Part shown: piece by piece, positions 41,852 through 50,046 of the stretch
Layout of the letters: each line of letters starts with the position of its first letter
Numbering within the stretch: position 1 is the stretch's first letter
Virus record (IMG/VR): IMGVR_UViG_3300018079_000006
Strand: one strand, 5' to 3'
Length of the DNA stretch: 50,046 bases
From: a virus
Position numbers and translations under genes: made by a program
Notes under the pieces: model-generated
The model's input: only the letters and a program-made list of their open reading frames with translations
What the model was told of the DNA's origin: nothing
Databases searched by the model: none

Positions 41852-42108
41852 ACCATCACCCACCCGTTAGAGCGCTCAAGAGCGCGCCTACGAAGAAACG
41901 GTGACGGCTGCCGTATGTGCCTTCCCCTACTGGCCTTCTTCTTCGTGAAGTGCCACCACCCGCAAATCGGACACACGTAAGCGTGGCCGTACCACAACCG
42001 TCCGGTCTTTGAACTTCTCGAACCATAGCGCCACCACGATACGAGGAGCGCACCAAGCGGCGTAAAATACCGCCGCTTACAGTGTCGGCCCTTATAGTTC
42101 CCGCTCAT
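41848..42108 (-). CDS. Small Cys/Trp protein (CPICGWWH motif)
   Basis: ATG 42108 in ATGA overlap with the peptidase stop; YGHAYVCPICGWWHFT. Confidence 0.55.
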   Translation of the reverse strand: MSGNYKGRHCKRRYFTPLGALLVSWWRYGSRSSKTGRLWYGHAYVCPICGWWHFTKKKASRGRHIRQPSPFLRRRALERSNGWVMV

Positions 42109-42869
42109 AAGTCCTTCTCGATAACTGCCTGGAGCAGCGGTCCTAGGTCTCTCATGTCGAGGCCATGAGCGTCGGCATAGCGCTGGGCCGTTTGGCGTGG
42201 CATCGGGCTGTCTAGGATCTCTTGCTCGAAATCGCTCCATTGTTTTCGATCTCGCGCTCCGTCTTGGATGCGCCTCATTTCTTCTCTTTCGCGCTCTTCG
42301 TCTTCGTCGCGCCTCTCACCAGTTTGTTCGTATTCATCGAAGCAATTAGGGGCATCATCGCCCGGCTCGGGTTCTAGTGGAATGTACCACTTGAGCTTTC
42401 GCGCCTCATCTGGAGAGAACAACGCATCTATCGTCATGTCTGTATCCACGCGCCATGTTCGATCGTCGATCTTGAGAGCGCGCCGGTAGGAATTCAGCGC
42501 ATCCAGCATCAACATTCCGTTTTCGTAGGTCAACGCGAGCGGCGCGAGCGGCGAGAGGTGCTCATTACCGCGAATCCACGCTTCGATCTCTGCCTGCCAT
42601 TTATCATAGTTGTCCATCGCCTCGAAGCCCTCGAATTTACCGAGCCCTTCCTTCAGGTCACTGATGATAAAGGCATGTCCGAACTCGTGGCGCATGCACA
42701 TGTCTGCCGTGGACCGACCTCGAATGGCCGCGGGTCCCCAACAAACGATGTGGATTCGATCCATCTCCGACCGAACACTTGTGACGCCCTCGACTTGCCA
42801 TTTCCGAGCGAATGACGACTCAGAATTGGGCTTGTTTGTGTCGTAAAAGTGGTCAACAGGCATCGTCAT
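42105..42869 (-). CDS. Putative zinc metallopeptidase (HExxH)
   Basis: MCMRHEFGHAFI; acidic C-terminal tail; ATGA overlap at the start. Confidence 0.55.
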   Translation of the reverse strand: MTMPVDHFYDTNKPNSESSFARKWQVEGVTSVRSEMDRIHIVCWGPAAIRGRSTADMCMRHEFGHAFIISDLKEGLGKFEGFEAMDNYDKWQAEIEAWIRGNEHLSPLAPLALTYENGMLMLDALNSYRRALKIDDRTWRVDTDMTIDALFSPDEARKLKWYIPLEPEPGDDAPNCFDEYEQTGERRDEDEEREREEMRRIQDGARDRKQWSDFEQEILDSPMPRQTAQRYADAHGLDMRDLGPLLQAVIEKDL

Positions 42870-43711
42870 AGTATCTCATCCTCTCTGAGTTCGAGAGAAA
42901 CACGGCGGCGAATGACGTCTAGGATCCAAGCCTTTGCTTCGTATTCACGAGCAGGAACGATCTCATCGAAATCGTGTTCATGGCGAGATAGTTGCGTAGG
43001 ACGACCATATCCGCCCATTCTCCTGAAGCCCATTGTTTCGCGGACGTTTTTCGGCTCGTGCTCGTACGTAGCGAAAGCGAATCGTCTTAGGGCCGCCGGA
43101 TGAACCGTCCAGAAAGCGAGCCGATCCATGTCAATCGGTCTTCCCGCCTGTTGGATCAGAACTTGGTGCGAGACTCCTATGATGTTTCGATTTCGCATCG
43201 TGTAATTGTCTACCGTGAATGTGACCCAGACTTCGCTAGGGATTCCCGCCGTTCGCAAGGCTTCGACCACCGCGAGCACAGATGCGCCTGTTGCTTCGAT
43301 GTCACCCGTGCTCGTCGCCGCCGCGATGGCTCGTTCGATCCCGATCTTGATCACGGGTGAAGGCCGTTGTCCGCGGACGACCTCGACCATATCGTCCGGT
43401 TCGCCGGTCATGAATCGACCGATATCCACGCTCGACCCTTCTGGACCCCAGCGTGGCCGTGGGCGCGTGGCCGTTCGGATCCTTGCCAGCTTCCCTAGTT
43501 TGCGCTGGAGCTTGAGCGTGCCCTTGTGGTAGCCTTCGTAGGACATCTGAATCGCCTCTTCGAATGTCGCCCCATACCAGTCGCGTGGTCCAAATGAGTC
43601 TAGTTCCACCCGAGAAGAAACGTTTTCGATCCCTTCCGGAGGTCTCTTTGTGGCTAATGCAATTGCTTGCTCTAGGTCGAACTTCCTGATGCGTCTAGTC
43701 TTTTCAAGCAT
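42866..43711 (-). CDS. Partner protein of the AAA+ ATPase (possibly degenerate VWA/CobT-like)
   Basis: 281 aa overlapping the ATPase stop. The beta-alpha pattern VIKIGIERAIAAATSTGDIEATGASVLAVVEALRTAG lacks a clean DxSxS MIDAS motif. Confidence 0.35.
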   Translation of the reverse strand: MLEKTRRIRKFDLEQAIALATKRPPEGIENVSSRVELDSFGPRDWYGATFEEAIQMSYEGYHKGTLKLQRKLGKLARIRTATRPRPRWGPEGSSVDIGRFMTGEPDDMVEVVRGQRPSPVIKIGIERAIAAATSTGDIEATGASVLAVVEALRTAGIPSEVWVTFTVDNYTMRNRNIIGVSHQVLIQQAGRPIDMDRLAFWTVHPAALRRFAFATYEHEPKNVRETMGFRRMGGYGRPTQLSRHEHDFDEIVPAREYEAKAWILDVIRRRVSLELREDEIL

Positions 43712-44933
43712 GAGACTTCTCCAACAGAGAAGAGATCTCGTCATCCTTGAGGCCGACCAATTTCGTGGTCAGCGCCTCACGGAGCGAGAATCCCTTATGG
43801 CAGAGAATTGTTGCGTGAATCGTCGTTCGTGGAGACACAACTGAGCCGCGGAAACGTAATTCGATTTCGTTCCGAAGCTTGCTCACGACCCTGACGACAG
43901 TTTCGGATTTGGGAGCCAGACAAGCCTGGCGCGCCCGATCGTCCATCTTAGCCGAGAACGCGGTGCGACACTTCTTCCCGAGAGACCCGAAGGCATCACT
44001 GTCTCCGGCCGCTAGGTGGGCTAGCGCGAGTTCGAGCTTGTCTTCGATCGGAACGCGAAGCGTGACGAACCGGTCTCGGGTCGCCAGGTCCACACCGTTC
44101 CGTCCGATGAATCCCGCCTCCGGCCCAAGACCGGCCGTGTTCGCCGTCGCAATCACTCGGAAGTCATCGTGGCGTTGAACGACCGTTCCCGACCCGAACA
44201 CACAGTGCCCATTGCTCATCGCGCTGTTCAGCGCCGCGAGCAGGTTCGGGTTACCGTTGTCTATCTCGTCCAGGAGCAAGATTCCACCGTTCTCGTACGC
44301 ATCCCAGAGTGGTGTCCGGTGGTCTATCCCGTTCGCATCGCTATAGCCGAACAGGTCTGTCCGAGTCATCATCTCGTGGCACGAGACCGGGTGGAAAGCA
44401 AGGCCTAGCGCCTCGCTAGTTTGGAACGCCATCGTGCTCTTGCTCGTCCCCGGGGGACCCTGAAGCCATACGGGGAGATTACCCTGAACGGCGAGTAGGA
44501 CATCCGGTAGAACGCTGTGCCACACACCGGACGGCGGCTCGGGGAACAGAGCCCTGATTCGAGCAATCTCTTCAGAATCGAGAACGATTTCTGGCTCAGG
44601 CTCTGGTGCAGGTGCAGGTGCAGGCACTGATGTTTCGTCCTGGCCTTGCTCGCCCTCGAACTTGTCTTGAATCTCATCCAACTTCGACTTAGGTGCTCCG
44701 CCCGATTTGTTCGGATTCTTCCGAGCACATGACGGGCACGGGCGGCCTTCGAGCCATTTTACGGCAGAAGGCTTCTTGATGCTGTATGCAAACTCATGAC
44801 CACATTTGTTCGTGATCATTGTCTTTCCGTCTGGTCGGACCCAAGGATCTCCGAATTTGGGAACGACGACGTAGGTCTTATCGCCCTTCGGCATGGTCTT
44901 ATAGCCTTTCGGCGTTTCCTCTCCGAAAGCCAT
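43704..44933 (-). CDS. AAA+ ATPase, MoxR/CobS-like (AAA_5-type) with N-terminal zinc-ribbon-like segment
   Basis: Walker A GPPGTSKST, Walker B GILLLDEID, sensor RVIATAN; N-terminal CGHEF...CPSC. Confidence 0.75.
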   Translation of the reverse strand: MAFGEETPKGYKTMPKGDKTYVVVPKFGDPWVRPDGKTMITNKCGHEFAYSIKKPSAVKWLEGRPCPSCARKNPNKSGGAPKSKLDEIQDKFEGEQGQDETSVPAPAPAPEPEPEIVLDSEEIARIRALFPEPPSGVWHSVLPDVLLAVQGNLPVWLQGPPGTSKSTMAFQTSEALGLAFHPVSCHEMMTRTDLFGYSDANGIDHRTPLWDAYENGGILLLDEIDNGNPNLLAALNSAMSNGHCVFGSGTVVQRHDDFRVIATANTAGLGPEAGFIGRNGVDLATRDRFVTLRVPIEDKLELALAHLAAGDSDAFGSLGKKCRTAFSAKMDDRARQACLAPKSETVVRVVSKLRNEIELRFRGSVVSPRTTIHATILCHKGFSLREALTTKLVGLKDDEISSLLEKSHA

Positions 44934-45334
44934 TACTGTCCTTCCTTCTCGGCGCGAGTGTAGCGAGGCGCAAAGTTCTCGAAGAACAAATGCACTTCGA
45001 CACCCTCACGAGTTGTCGCAACAATCCAGTTCCGGCGCAACCGAGAGTCCCCGTCGATGATGCGGACGGTCTCGGCGACATAATACACTTTCTTCGCCAG
45101 ATTGTCCGTCCCGGTCTCGTGAGTCTCGCAGTAGCCAGCGATGCACTTCCCGCAGCCTCTACGCGCCCAGGCTAGCTCATCGTCCGTGTACGTTCTTTCT
45201 GTGTACGTCTTGAGGTCATCTGTCCCGGTCTCGTGCTTCTCGCAGTACTCATCAAACAAGCAGTCGCTGCATCCCCAGCGAGCCCAGGCCAGCTCGTCAT
45301 CCGTGTAGCCTGTTTGGCCCTCCGTGTTCTGCAT
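44933..45334 (-). CDS. First early-arm gene: protein with an internal duplicated Cys/His module
   Basis: ATG 45334 after GGAAAGGAAGAG. Two copies of YTDDELAWAR.GC..C...YCE.HETGTD.L are present. Third-position GC upstream is near 50 percent, arguing against the longer ORF-track version. Confidence 0.55.
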   Translation of the reverse strand: MQNTEGQTGYTDDELAWARWGCSDCLFDEYCEKHETGTDDLKTYTERTYTDDELAWARRGCGKCIAGYCETHETGTDNLAKKVYYVAETVRIIDGDSRLRRNWIVATTREGVEVHLFFENFAPRYTRAEKEGQ

Positions 45335-45449
45335 GTCCTGACTCTTCCTTTCCCGTTCTCCGTGCTCCGCACCATCTGCCTTAGACAGCGCGGCAAGACA
45401 ACTTGACCCAAGAGCGCTCCTTCCCGTTCGTGGTCCGTTCACGAGGATT

Positions 45450-45458
45450 AGTATACCA
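45450..45458 (-). promoter_or_regulatory. Candidate extended -10 (TGGTATACT) for the leftward early arm
   Basis: Read on the minus strand about 115 nt upstream of ATG 45334; no convincing -35 element. Confidence 0.3.
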
Positions 45459-45729
45459 CGTTCACGCTTCTCGCCGAGAATACCTGGAGCGCATAAGACC
45501 TGGACGGGCACTAAAAATCGTAGCGCAAACAGCTTGCAGGACATCTCGTCCTCAGCAGGCATTTCCCCAACACGACGATACGACGCAACAGGTCCGGGCG
45601 GCCACCGTCCTTTGGCCCGTCTCGCCCGGCAAAGGTCTAGTCTTCGGAGGATCCTTGCCCGCCGATGCAATGGAAACCCGCGCGCCGCGCCTAGTCCGAC
45701 CTGCGCATATTCGGGTTGCGCCAAAGACA

Positions 45730-45738
45730 TGTTATACT
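45730..45738 (+). promoter_or_regulatory. Candidate extended -10 (TGTTATACT) for the rightward arm
   Basis: Same TGnTATACT form as the leftward candidate, about 260 nt upstream of 46001. Confidence 0.3.
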
Positions 45739-46000
45739 TTGGTTAAGGAGCGCGAGCGGGAGGGAGAAGCACCAAACCGCCGTTCGAGAGGCGAGAGGCG
45801 AGAGCGCGAAAGGACGGGGCGAGAGCGCGAAGCGGGACCGACTCCCCCTCCCCCGGAAGGGCTTCGGGGAGGGGAAAGTAACCTACAGCGCACGTGAAGC
45901 ACCGAATCCAATGCGCGGTAATACGAACGGGCGATTTATGCCCCGCCGCAACTGCTCGTGTGATCAGGTAGTTTCAGGAAGTTAACAGGGAGGAAACAAG

Positions 46001-46315
46001 TTGCCGGTTCCGGTATTGACTCAGGAGCAGAGGGCCGCGGGTGGGCGCAAGTCCGCCGCGATCCGCGCGCGCCGGAAGGCGCCAGATGCCCGCGCGAGGG
46101 AAGCGCTTGCGAGCGGGGCCGCCGAGGCCGCGAAGGCCCTAGTCAGCATCATCCGCGGCGACGACGGCTTTGAGGAGGTCAAGCCTGAGTTGAAATTTAA
46201 GGCGGCTCTGGTCGTCCTCGAATACACGCTCGGGAAACCGGCCGGGTTGGTCCAGGAAGAAGACGAGAAGCCCGCGGCCGGTCCGACGTTCGAAGACTTG
46301 TTGAGGGACAACTAG
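46001..46315 (+). CDS. Putative small terminase subunit / DNA-binding protein
   Basis: TTG start after GGGAGGAA; basic N-terminus (GGRKSAAIRARRKAPDARARE); first gene of the packaging module. Confidence 0.35.
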   Translation: MPVPVLTQEQRAAGGRKSAAIRARRKAPDARAREALASGAAEAAKALVSIIRGDDGFEEVKPELKFKAALVVLEYTLGKPAGLVQEEDEKPAAGPTFEDLLRDN

Positions 46316-46545
46316 TGGTCACCCTGCTCTTTCTCGCCTTTTTTCTCTTCGTCTGTTGGGGGGCATTCAAGTTGGTCAGGTGGGGCGGGCAGCAAGATGG
46401 GGGGGAGGGCCGACGCCGCGGCGGCAGGCCGCCCAAGAATACCCCGCCCGGTCCACCGCCCCTCCCGAAAAAATGGACCCCGCCGGATTACATCCCCGAG
46501 TGGGTAGAGGCGGAACAGGGCGTCAGGTTGGTAAAAAATGCCTAA
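46315..46545 (+). CDS. Small membrane protein with Pro-rich tail
   Basis: GTG start overlapping the stop; N-terminal LLFLAFFLFVCWGAF. Confidence 0.5.
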   Translation: MVTLLFLAFFLFVCWGAFKLVRWGGQQDGGEGRRRGGRPPKNTPPGPPPLPKKWTPPDYIPEWVEAEQGVRLVKNA

Positions 46546-46801
46546 CCCTTATTTTGCCCCTGATTTTCTTTTACCATATGCGGCATCAGTCTTTCTCTGG
46601 ATCGCGTGTGGTGTCGTAGTTTGCCACACGAGGCACAAGCAGCGCGGGATCGACGCGCACAAGTTCGGTTGGAACGTGCCGGACGGCCCCGACGGTATCG
46701 ACTGGGGGCCGGGACCGGCGCCCCGCGAGATCCACTATGACTACCGCCCGGAGGAGTCTGATAGCAGCGCAGAGCCCCGGGTGTTGGTTGGGGTAAGATA
46801 A
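46538..46801 (+). CDS. Small membrane protein
   Basis: Hydrophobic span AASVFLWIACGVVVC. Confidence 0.5.
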   Translation: MPNPYFAPDFLLPYAASVFLWIACGVVVCHTRHKQRGIDAHKFGWNVPDGPDGIDWGPGPAPREIHYDYRPEESDSSAEPRVLVGVR

Positions 46802-46927
46802 ACTTGGGGGTTACCAGCCCCCACCCTATCCCGCTAGGGTTGATCCGGGTGGTACCGGCGCGGGCGGGGGGTCTACGTGGTCGCGCGGCCTGGGCTCCCC
46901 GGCATTCAATCTTTTAGGGAGGGAAGA

Positions 46928-47173
46928 ATGTTCGAGAAACTGGCAGGAAAGATCTGGGTCCGATTCGCTACGAGGCGGGTCCGCAAGGCTTTCGCGCGGG
47001 AGCGCGCCGAGGCGTCGCACCTGACGAACTACGCCAAGCCCGCGCCGATCAAGCCCCCGAGCGCCAAAGATCACTTCCGCTGGCCGGGCGGGTTCGTCTA
47101 CGGCCGGGTGCACTACGAGGGCGGCTCGAAGGTACCTTCCCGCGTGGATAAGGTCTGGAAAGATCCGGTCTAA
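46928..47173 (+). CDS. Hypothetical basic protein
   Basis: ATG 46928 after AGGGAGGGAAGA. Confidence 0.5.
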   Translation: MFEKLAGKIWVRFATRRVRKAFARERAEASHLTNYAKPAPIKPPSAKDHFRWPGGFVYGRVHYEGGSKVPSRVDKVWKDPV

Positions 47174-48697
47174 GTGAACTTCGGCTCGCTCTCGCTCAAC
47201 CCGGGCGCCCAGACAGATTTCGTCTTGGGGGAAAGTAAATTCTCTGCCTTTATTGGGGGTTTGGGTTCCGGCAAGACGTATGCCGGGATCTTGCGTGGTT
47301 TGAAGTTTGCCCTGCAGCCGAAGCCGCACGGGGTATTCCACCCGCCGCACGGGTTGATCGCGGCAGTCTCTTATCCGGCCTTGCGGGACGTGATCATCCC
47401 CAAGTTGCAGGAGGTGATGTTCCTCACCGGGCTCGCCGATTTCGAGAGGGACTTCTCCAAGTCAGAGATGACTTTGCGCTTGAAGAACGGGGCGATCATA
47501 CGACTCCGGAGCCTCGACAAGCCGGATAATATCATCCGCGGGCCAGAGTACTCGTGGGCATTTATCGACGAAGGGAGGAATACTTCTCTTGAAGATTGGA
47601 AACTCATCGGAGGTCGGCTTCGACAGGCGGGGTACAAACGTGGTGCTTGGGTGGCTAGTACCCCCAACGGATACGACTGGATGCACCGCGTATTTTCCAA
47701 AGATGGTGACTTGCATGCCACTGAATATCCCGATGCTTTATGGTACAACGCGCCAATGCGGGAGAACATCCACTTAGACGAGGATTATCTCGCCGAGATG
47801 GAGGTTTCTTACAGTGGGAGATGGTACGACCAGGAAGTCCTCGGCCGATTCGTCGGAATGGTCGAAGGGGGAGTCTTTGCGGAGTGGGACCCCCAGAAGT
47901 TCTGCCTGCCGCTGGAGTTCCGGCCTGAGCTTCCTCTGTATACCGGTTGGGACTTCGGGATCGGGGACCCGGGAGTGTGCGTGTTCTTCCAAACCGAGTG
48001 GAAGAAAGTAGAATTGGCCCCGGGGAAGAATCACTACCTACCTTGTATCTATGTGGTCGATCTGCTTGAAGCTAAAGACTTGAGTTCCTCCGAGTGGGCG
48101 AGTATGTACCGGGAACACCTTGAAGAAGCGTTCCCGCCGGGCACTCTGGCCAGGAACTACGGAGACCCGGCTGGGATGCAGCGCCGCGTCGGGGTTCAGA
48201 CTTCTGTGATTCAGGACCTCCGCGCCGCCGGTGTCGAGATTACTCCTGCCCAGCGCCGGTCTCCGGACTACGCGATCCGCATTTTGTCCAATATGATGGC
48301 AGATCAAAGGGTCTTCGTGGACAGCGAGAAAGCCAAGCGAGTCTCAAATGCGCTCGCGTCGCACAAGTGGAAGATCGACAAGGATGGGATCAAGACGGGG
48401 ACCGACCCAGTTCATGACTGGACTAGCCATATCGTTGACGCGCTTCGTTACGGTGTCTCTATGCTTCCGCTGCGCCCTCGCGAGGGTGAGGAGCCGCCTG
48501 ACAAGCTTGATCCGGGTCCTATGACTTACAGCCACGTATTTGATCAGCTGATAAAACCAGAGCCGAAGAAACAGTGGCTCGGGCGGTCAACTAAAGGTAA
48601 ACTTCCTAAGTTCGTCCCGATAGCACCGATCGGACCAGATCAACCGCGGCCGAAGCGCGAGCCGAGGCCGAGGGAGAGAATGAATGCCGCCAACTAA
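47174..48697 (+). CDS. Terminase large subunit
   Basis: Walker A GGLGSGKTYAG, Walker B WAFIDEG, nuclease-domain DFGIGDPGVCVFF and DWTSHIVDALRY; GTG start. Confidence 0.9.
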   Translation: MNFGSLSLNPGAQTDFVLGESKFSAFIGGLGSGKTYAGILRGLKFALQPKPHGVFHPPHGLIAAVSYPALRDVIIPKLQEVMFLTGLADFERDFSKSEMTLRLKNGAIIRLRSLDKPDNIIRGPEYSWAFIDEGRNTSLEDWKLIGGRLRQAGYKRGAWVASTPNGYDWMHRVFSKDGDLHATEYPDALWYNAPMRENIHLDEDYLAEMEVSYSGRWYDQEVLGRFVGMVEGGVFAEWDPQKFCLPLEFRPELPLYTGWDFGIGDPGVCVFFQTEWKKVELAPGKNHYLPCIYVVDLLEAKDLSSSEWASMYREHLEEAFPPGTLARNYGDPAGMQRRVGVQTSVIQDLRAAGVEITPAQRRSPDYAIRILSNMMADQRVFVDSEKAKRVSNALASHKWKIDKDGIKTGTDPVHDWTSHIVDALRYGVSMLPLRPREGEEPPDKLDPGPMTYSHVFDQLIKPEPKKQWLGRSTKGKLPKFVPIAPIGPDQPRPKREPRPRERMNAAN

Positions 48698-50046
48698 CCC
48701 GTTGATGGGTGACGAAGAAGCGATCCTCAAAATCTATAGTCGCCGCCTGCACATGGCGGATAACAAGTTTGACAAGGGTAAGGCTGATCGCGAGAAATTT
48801 GTTTCTAGGTATCAGAACAGGGTTCAAGAAAACCAAGTCACCGAGGACGGCCACGTCGTCTCCGTGACCAGCGGGATCGGGATCATCGACACGATGTTTG
48901 CGAGCATGACTGCCGTTGACATCGAATTCCTCGCGAGGAATATCGGTAACGGGAATCAGCTCCAAGCCCGCGCCGCAACTACTGCCCTGAACCAGGGGTG
49001 GCGCGATACCAAGGGCCAGAAGCGCTCAAAGGACGCGATCAAGGATTCGCTACTGGTGGATATCGGGTGGGTGAAGGTCTACTACGACTACCAGGAGGAG
49101 CAGGCCCTCCGAGACGTCCCCGAAGATGCCCTTCGTGCGCAAATCGCGACTTTAGCGGCCGATCGAGAGATCGACCCCGCTGACGTTCCCGAGAAAGAAC
49201 TCCAGCTGACGGAAGCGGTAGATATTGTGATCCGCGACCGGGTGTGCATCGAATACGTCCCCTGGTCCATGATCAGGGCAGACCCCAGCGCCAAGCGGAT
49301 CGAAGATGTGCGGTGGACATGCCAGTACACCCTTCTTCCGGTGCATGAAGTTCAGAATCACCCGATTTGGGCAGATTATGTTGCTGAGAGGTATGGTGAG
49401 CAGAACGCGCGCCGCCTGCTTGAGTCCGTAAAGGGGGACACCTCCCTAAAGGGCTATTCAGACCCGGAGATGTTCACCGAACTTGAAAAAGACGAGTACG
49501 ATGATGATGCTCGGGTCACGGTCTGCGAGATGTGGGATCTTGAAACCGGTCTGACCACGATCTTTCCCAAGGGCCGTCACGACATCATCTTGCACCAGCG
49601 AGAGAATCCGCTGATGATCAACGCGGACCTCGAAGACCGTAATCCGTTTAAGCCTCTAATCATCAGGCAAGACAACACCTCGCTCGAAGGTCTCGGCGAT
49701 ATGCGGGTGATCTACCCCGCCCTCGCAGAACTCGACGAGCTGCGCTCTAATCTTGCGACACACATCTCTAGGACGATCCCCAAGATCATCGGACCCGAGG
49801 AAGGTCTTACCCAGAAGGGCAAGGACGCCTTCAAGAGCCCAGTCTGGGGGGAATTCATCGGAACTTCCGGCGTTGACGGGCAGGCGTACCAGCCGCTCGT
49901 GCCGCCCCCGCTTCCCCAGGAGGCATTCCAGGTTCCGGATAAGATTTTGTTCGAGATGAAGGAGGCCACCGGGGTTTCCGAGCCCATGCGCGGCGTCTTC
50001 CCCTCCAAGCGGACCACCGCTACCGAGACCCAGATCGTTACCGACC
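48684..50046 (+). CDS. Portal protein, N-terminal part (open at window end, continues at 124-587)
   Basis: ATG 48684 overlaps the end of the terminase gene. The frame has no stop to the window end. The combined ORF is about 608 aa. Confidence 0.8.
   Translation, partial: MPPTNPLMGDEEAILKIYSRRLHMADNKFDKGKADREKFVSRYQNRVQENQVTEDGHVVSVTSGIGIIDTMFASMTAVDIEFLARNIGNGNQLQARAATTALNQGWRDTKGQKRSKDAIKDSLLVDIGWVKVYYDYQEEQALRDVPEDALRAQIATLAADREIDPADVPEKELQLTEAVDIVIRDRVCIEYVPWSMIRADPSAKRIEDVRWTCQYTLLPVHEVQNHPIWADYVAERYGEQNARRLLESVKGDTSLKGYSDPEMFTELEKDEYDDDARVTVCEMWDLETGLTTIFPKGRHDIILHQRENPLMINADLEDRNPFKPLIIRQDNTSLEGLGDMRVIYPALAELDELRSNLATHISRTIPKIIGPEEGLTQKGKDAFKSPVWGEFIGTSGVDGQAYQPLVPPPLPQEAFQVPDKILFEMKEATGVSEPMRGVFPSKRTTATETQIVTD
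49924..50046. repeat. Right copy of the 123-bp end overlap
   Basis: Identical to 1-123; unique genome length 49,923 bp, a multiple of 3, so the portal frame is preserved across the junction. Confidence 0.95.

Noticed and set aside
45403-45897. 164-aa plus-strand ORF, and the upstream 130 codons of the 265-aa minus-strand ORF, in the divergent region
   Set aside because: Both have roughly 50 percent third-position GC, against clearly higher values in real genes. Their composition is Arg-rich and repeat-derived, and a good SD plus ATG for the minus-strand gene lies at 45334.
46826-47350. 174-aa minus-strand ORF overlapping the start of the large terminase
   Set aside because: It is antisense to two supported plus-strand genes, has no SD and is Arg/Pro-rich.
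1-50046. Temperate lifestyle or mobile-element features (integrase, repressor/Cro switch, transposase)
   Set aside because: None of the ORFs shows tyrosine or serine recombinase, DDE or CI-like motifs. The single HTH candidate is not paired with a divergent partner.

Overview
The window is a complete tailed-phage genome closed on itself. Bases 1-123 are identical to 49924-50046, so the unique sequence is 49,923 bp. The portal ORF that runs off the right end (ATG 48684) continues in frame at the left end (stop 587). The genome is GC-rich by eye, densely coded, and has two arms. The late arm is on the + strand (46001, through the junction, to 25423). It carries a putative small terminase, small membrane proteins, large terminase, portal, tRNA-Gly and tRNA-Met, scaffold and major capsid. 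These are followed by head accessory proteins and a multi-gene fibre arsenal (collagen-like, HxH and glycine-rich proteins). Then come a T7 gp11/gp12-like tail tube pair and three internal virion proteins, one a 2,246-aa giant with GNAT-like and ParB-like (DGHHR) segments. The arm ends with an M15 endolysin and three small membrane proteins. The early/replication arm is on the - strand (45334 down to 25694). It carries a Cys-repeat protein, a MoxR/CobS-like AAA+ cassette with an HExxH peptidase, a UDG-like protein, an HTH protein, many mini-genes and a primase-helicase. It also has tandem coiled-coil paralogues, a Cas4-like nuclease plus a decayed copy, a lipoprotein, endonuclease VII, tRNA-His and a second aberrant tRNA-like element. 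Its distal part encodes a DnaQ-like exonuclease, dCMP deaminase, an NT5C-like nucleotidase, a dATP/dGTP pyrophosphohydrolase-like protein and a family A DNA polymerase. I saw no integrase, repressor switch, RNA polymerase, reverse transcriptase or CRISPR array. All functional calls rest on motifs read in the translations; no database search was run. Several start codons were moved from the ORF track on the basis of SD sequences and stop/start overlaps.
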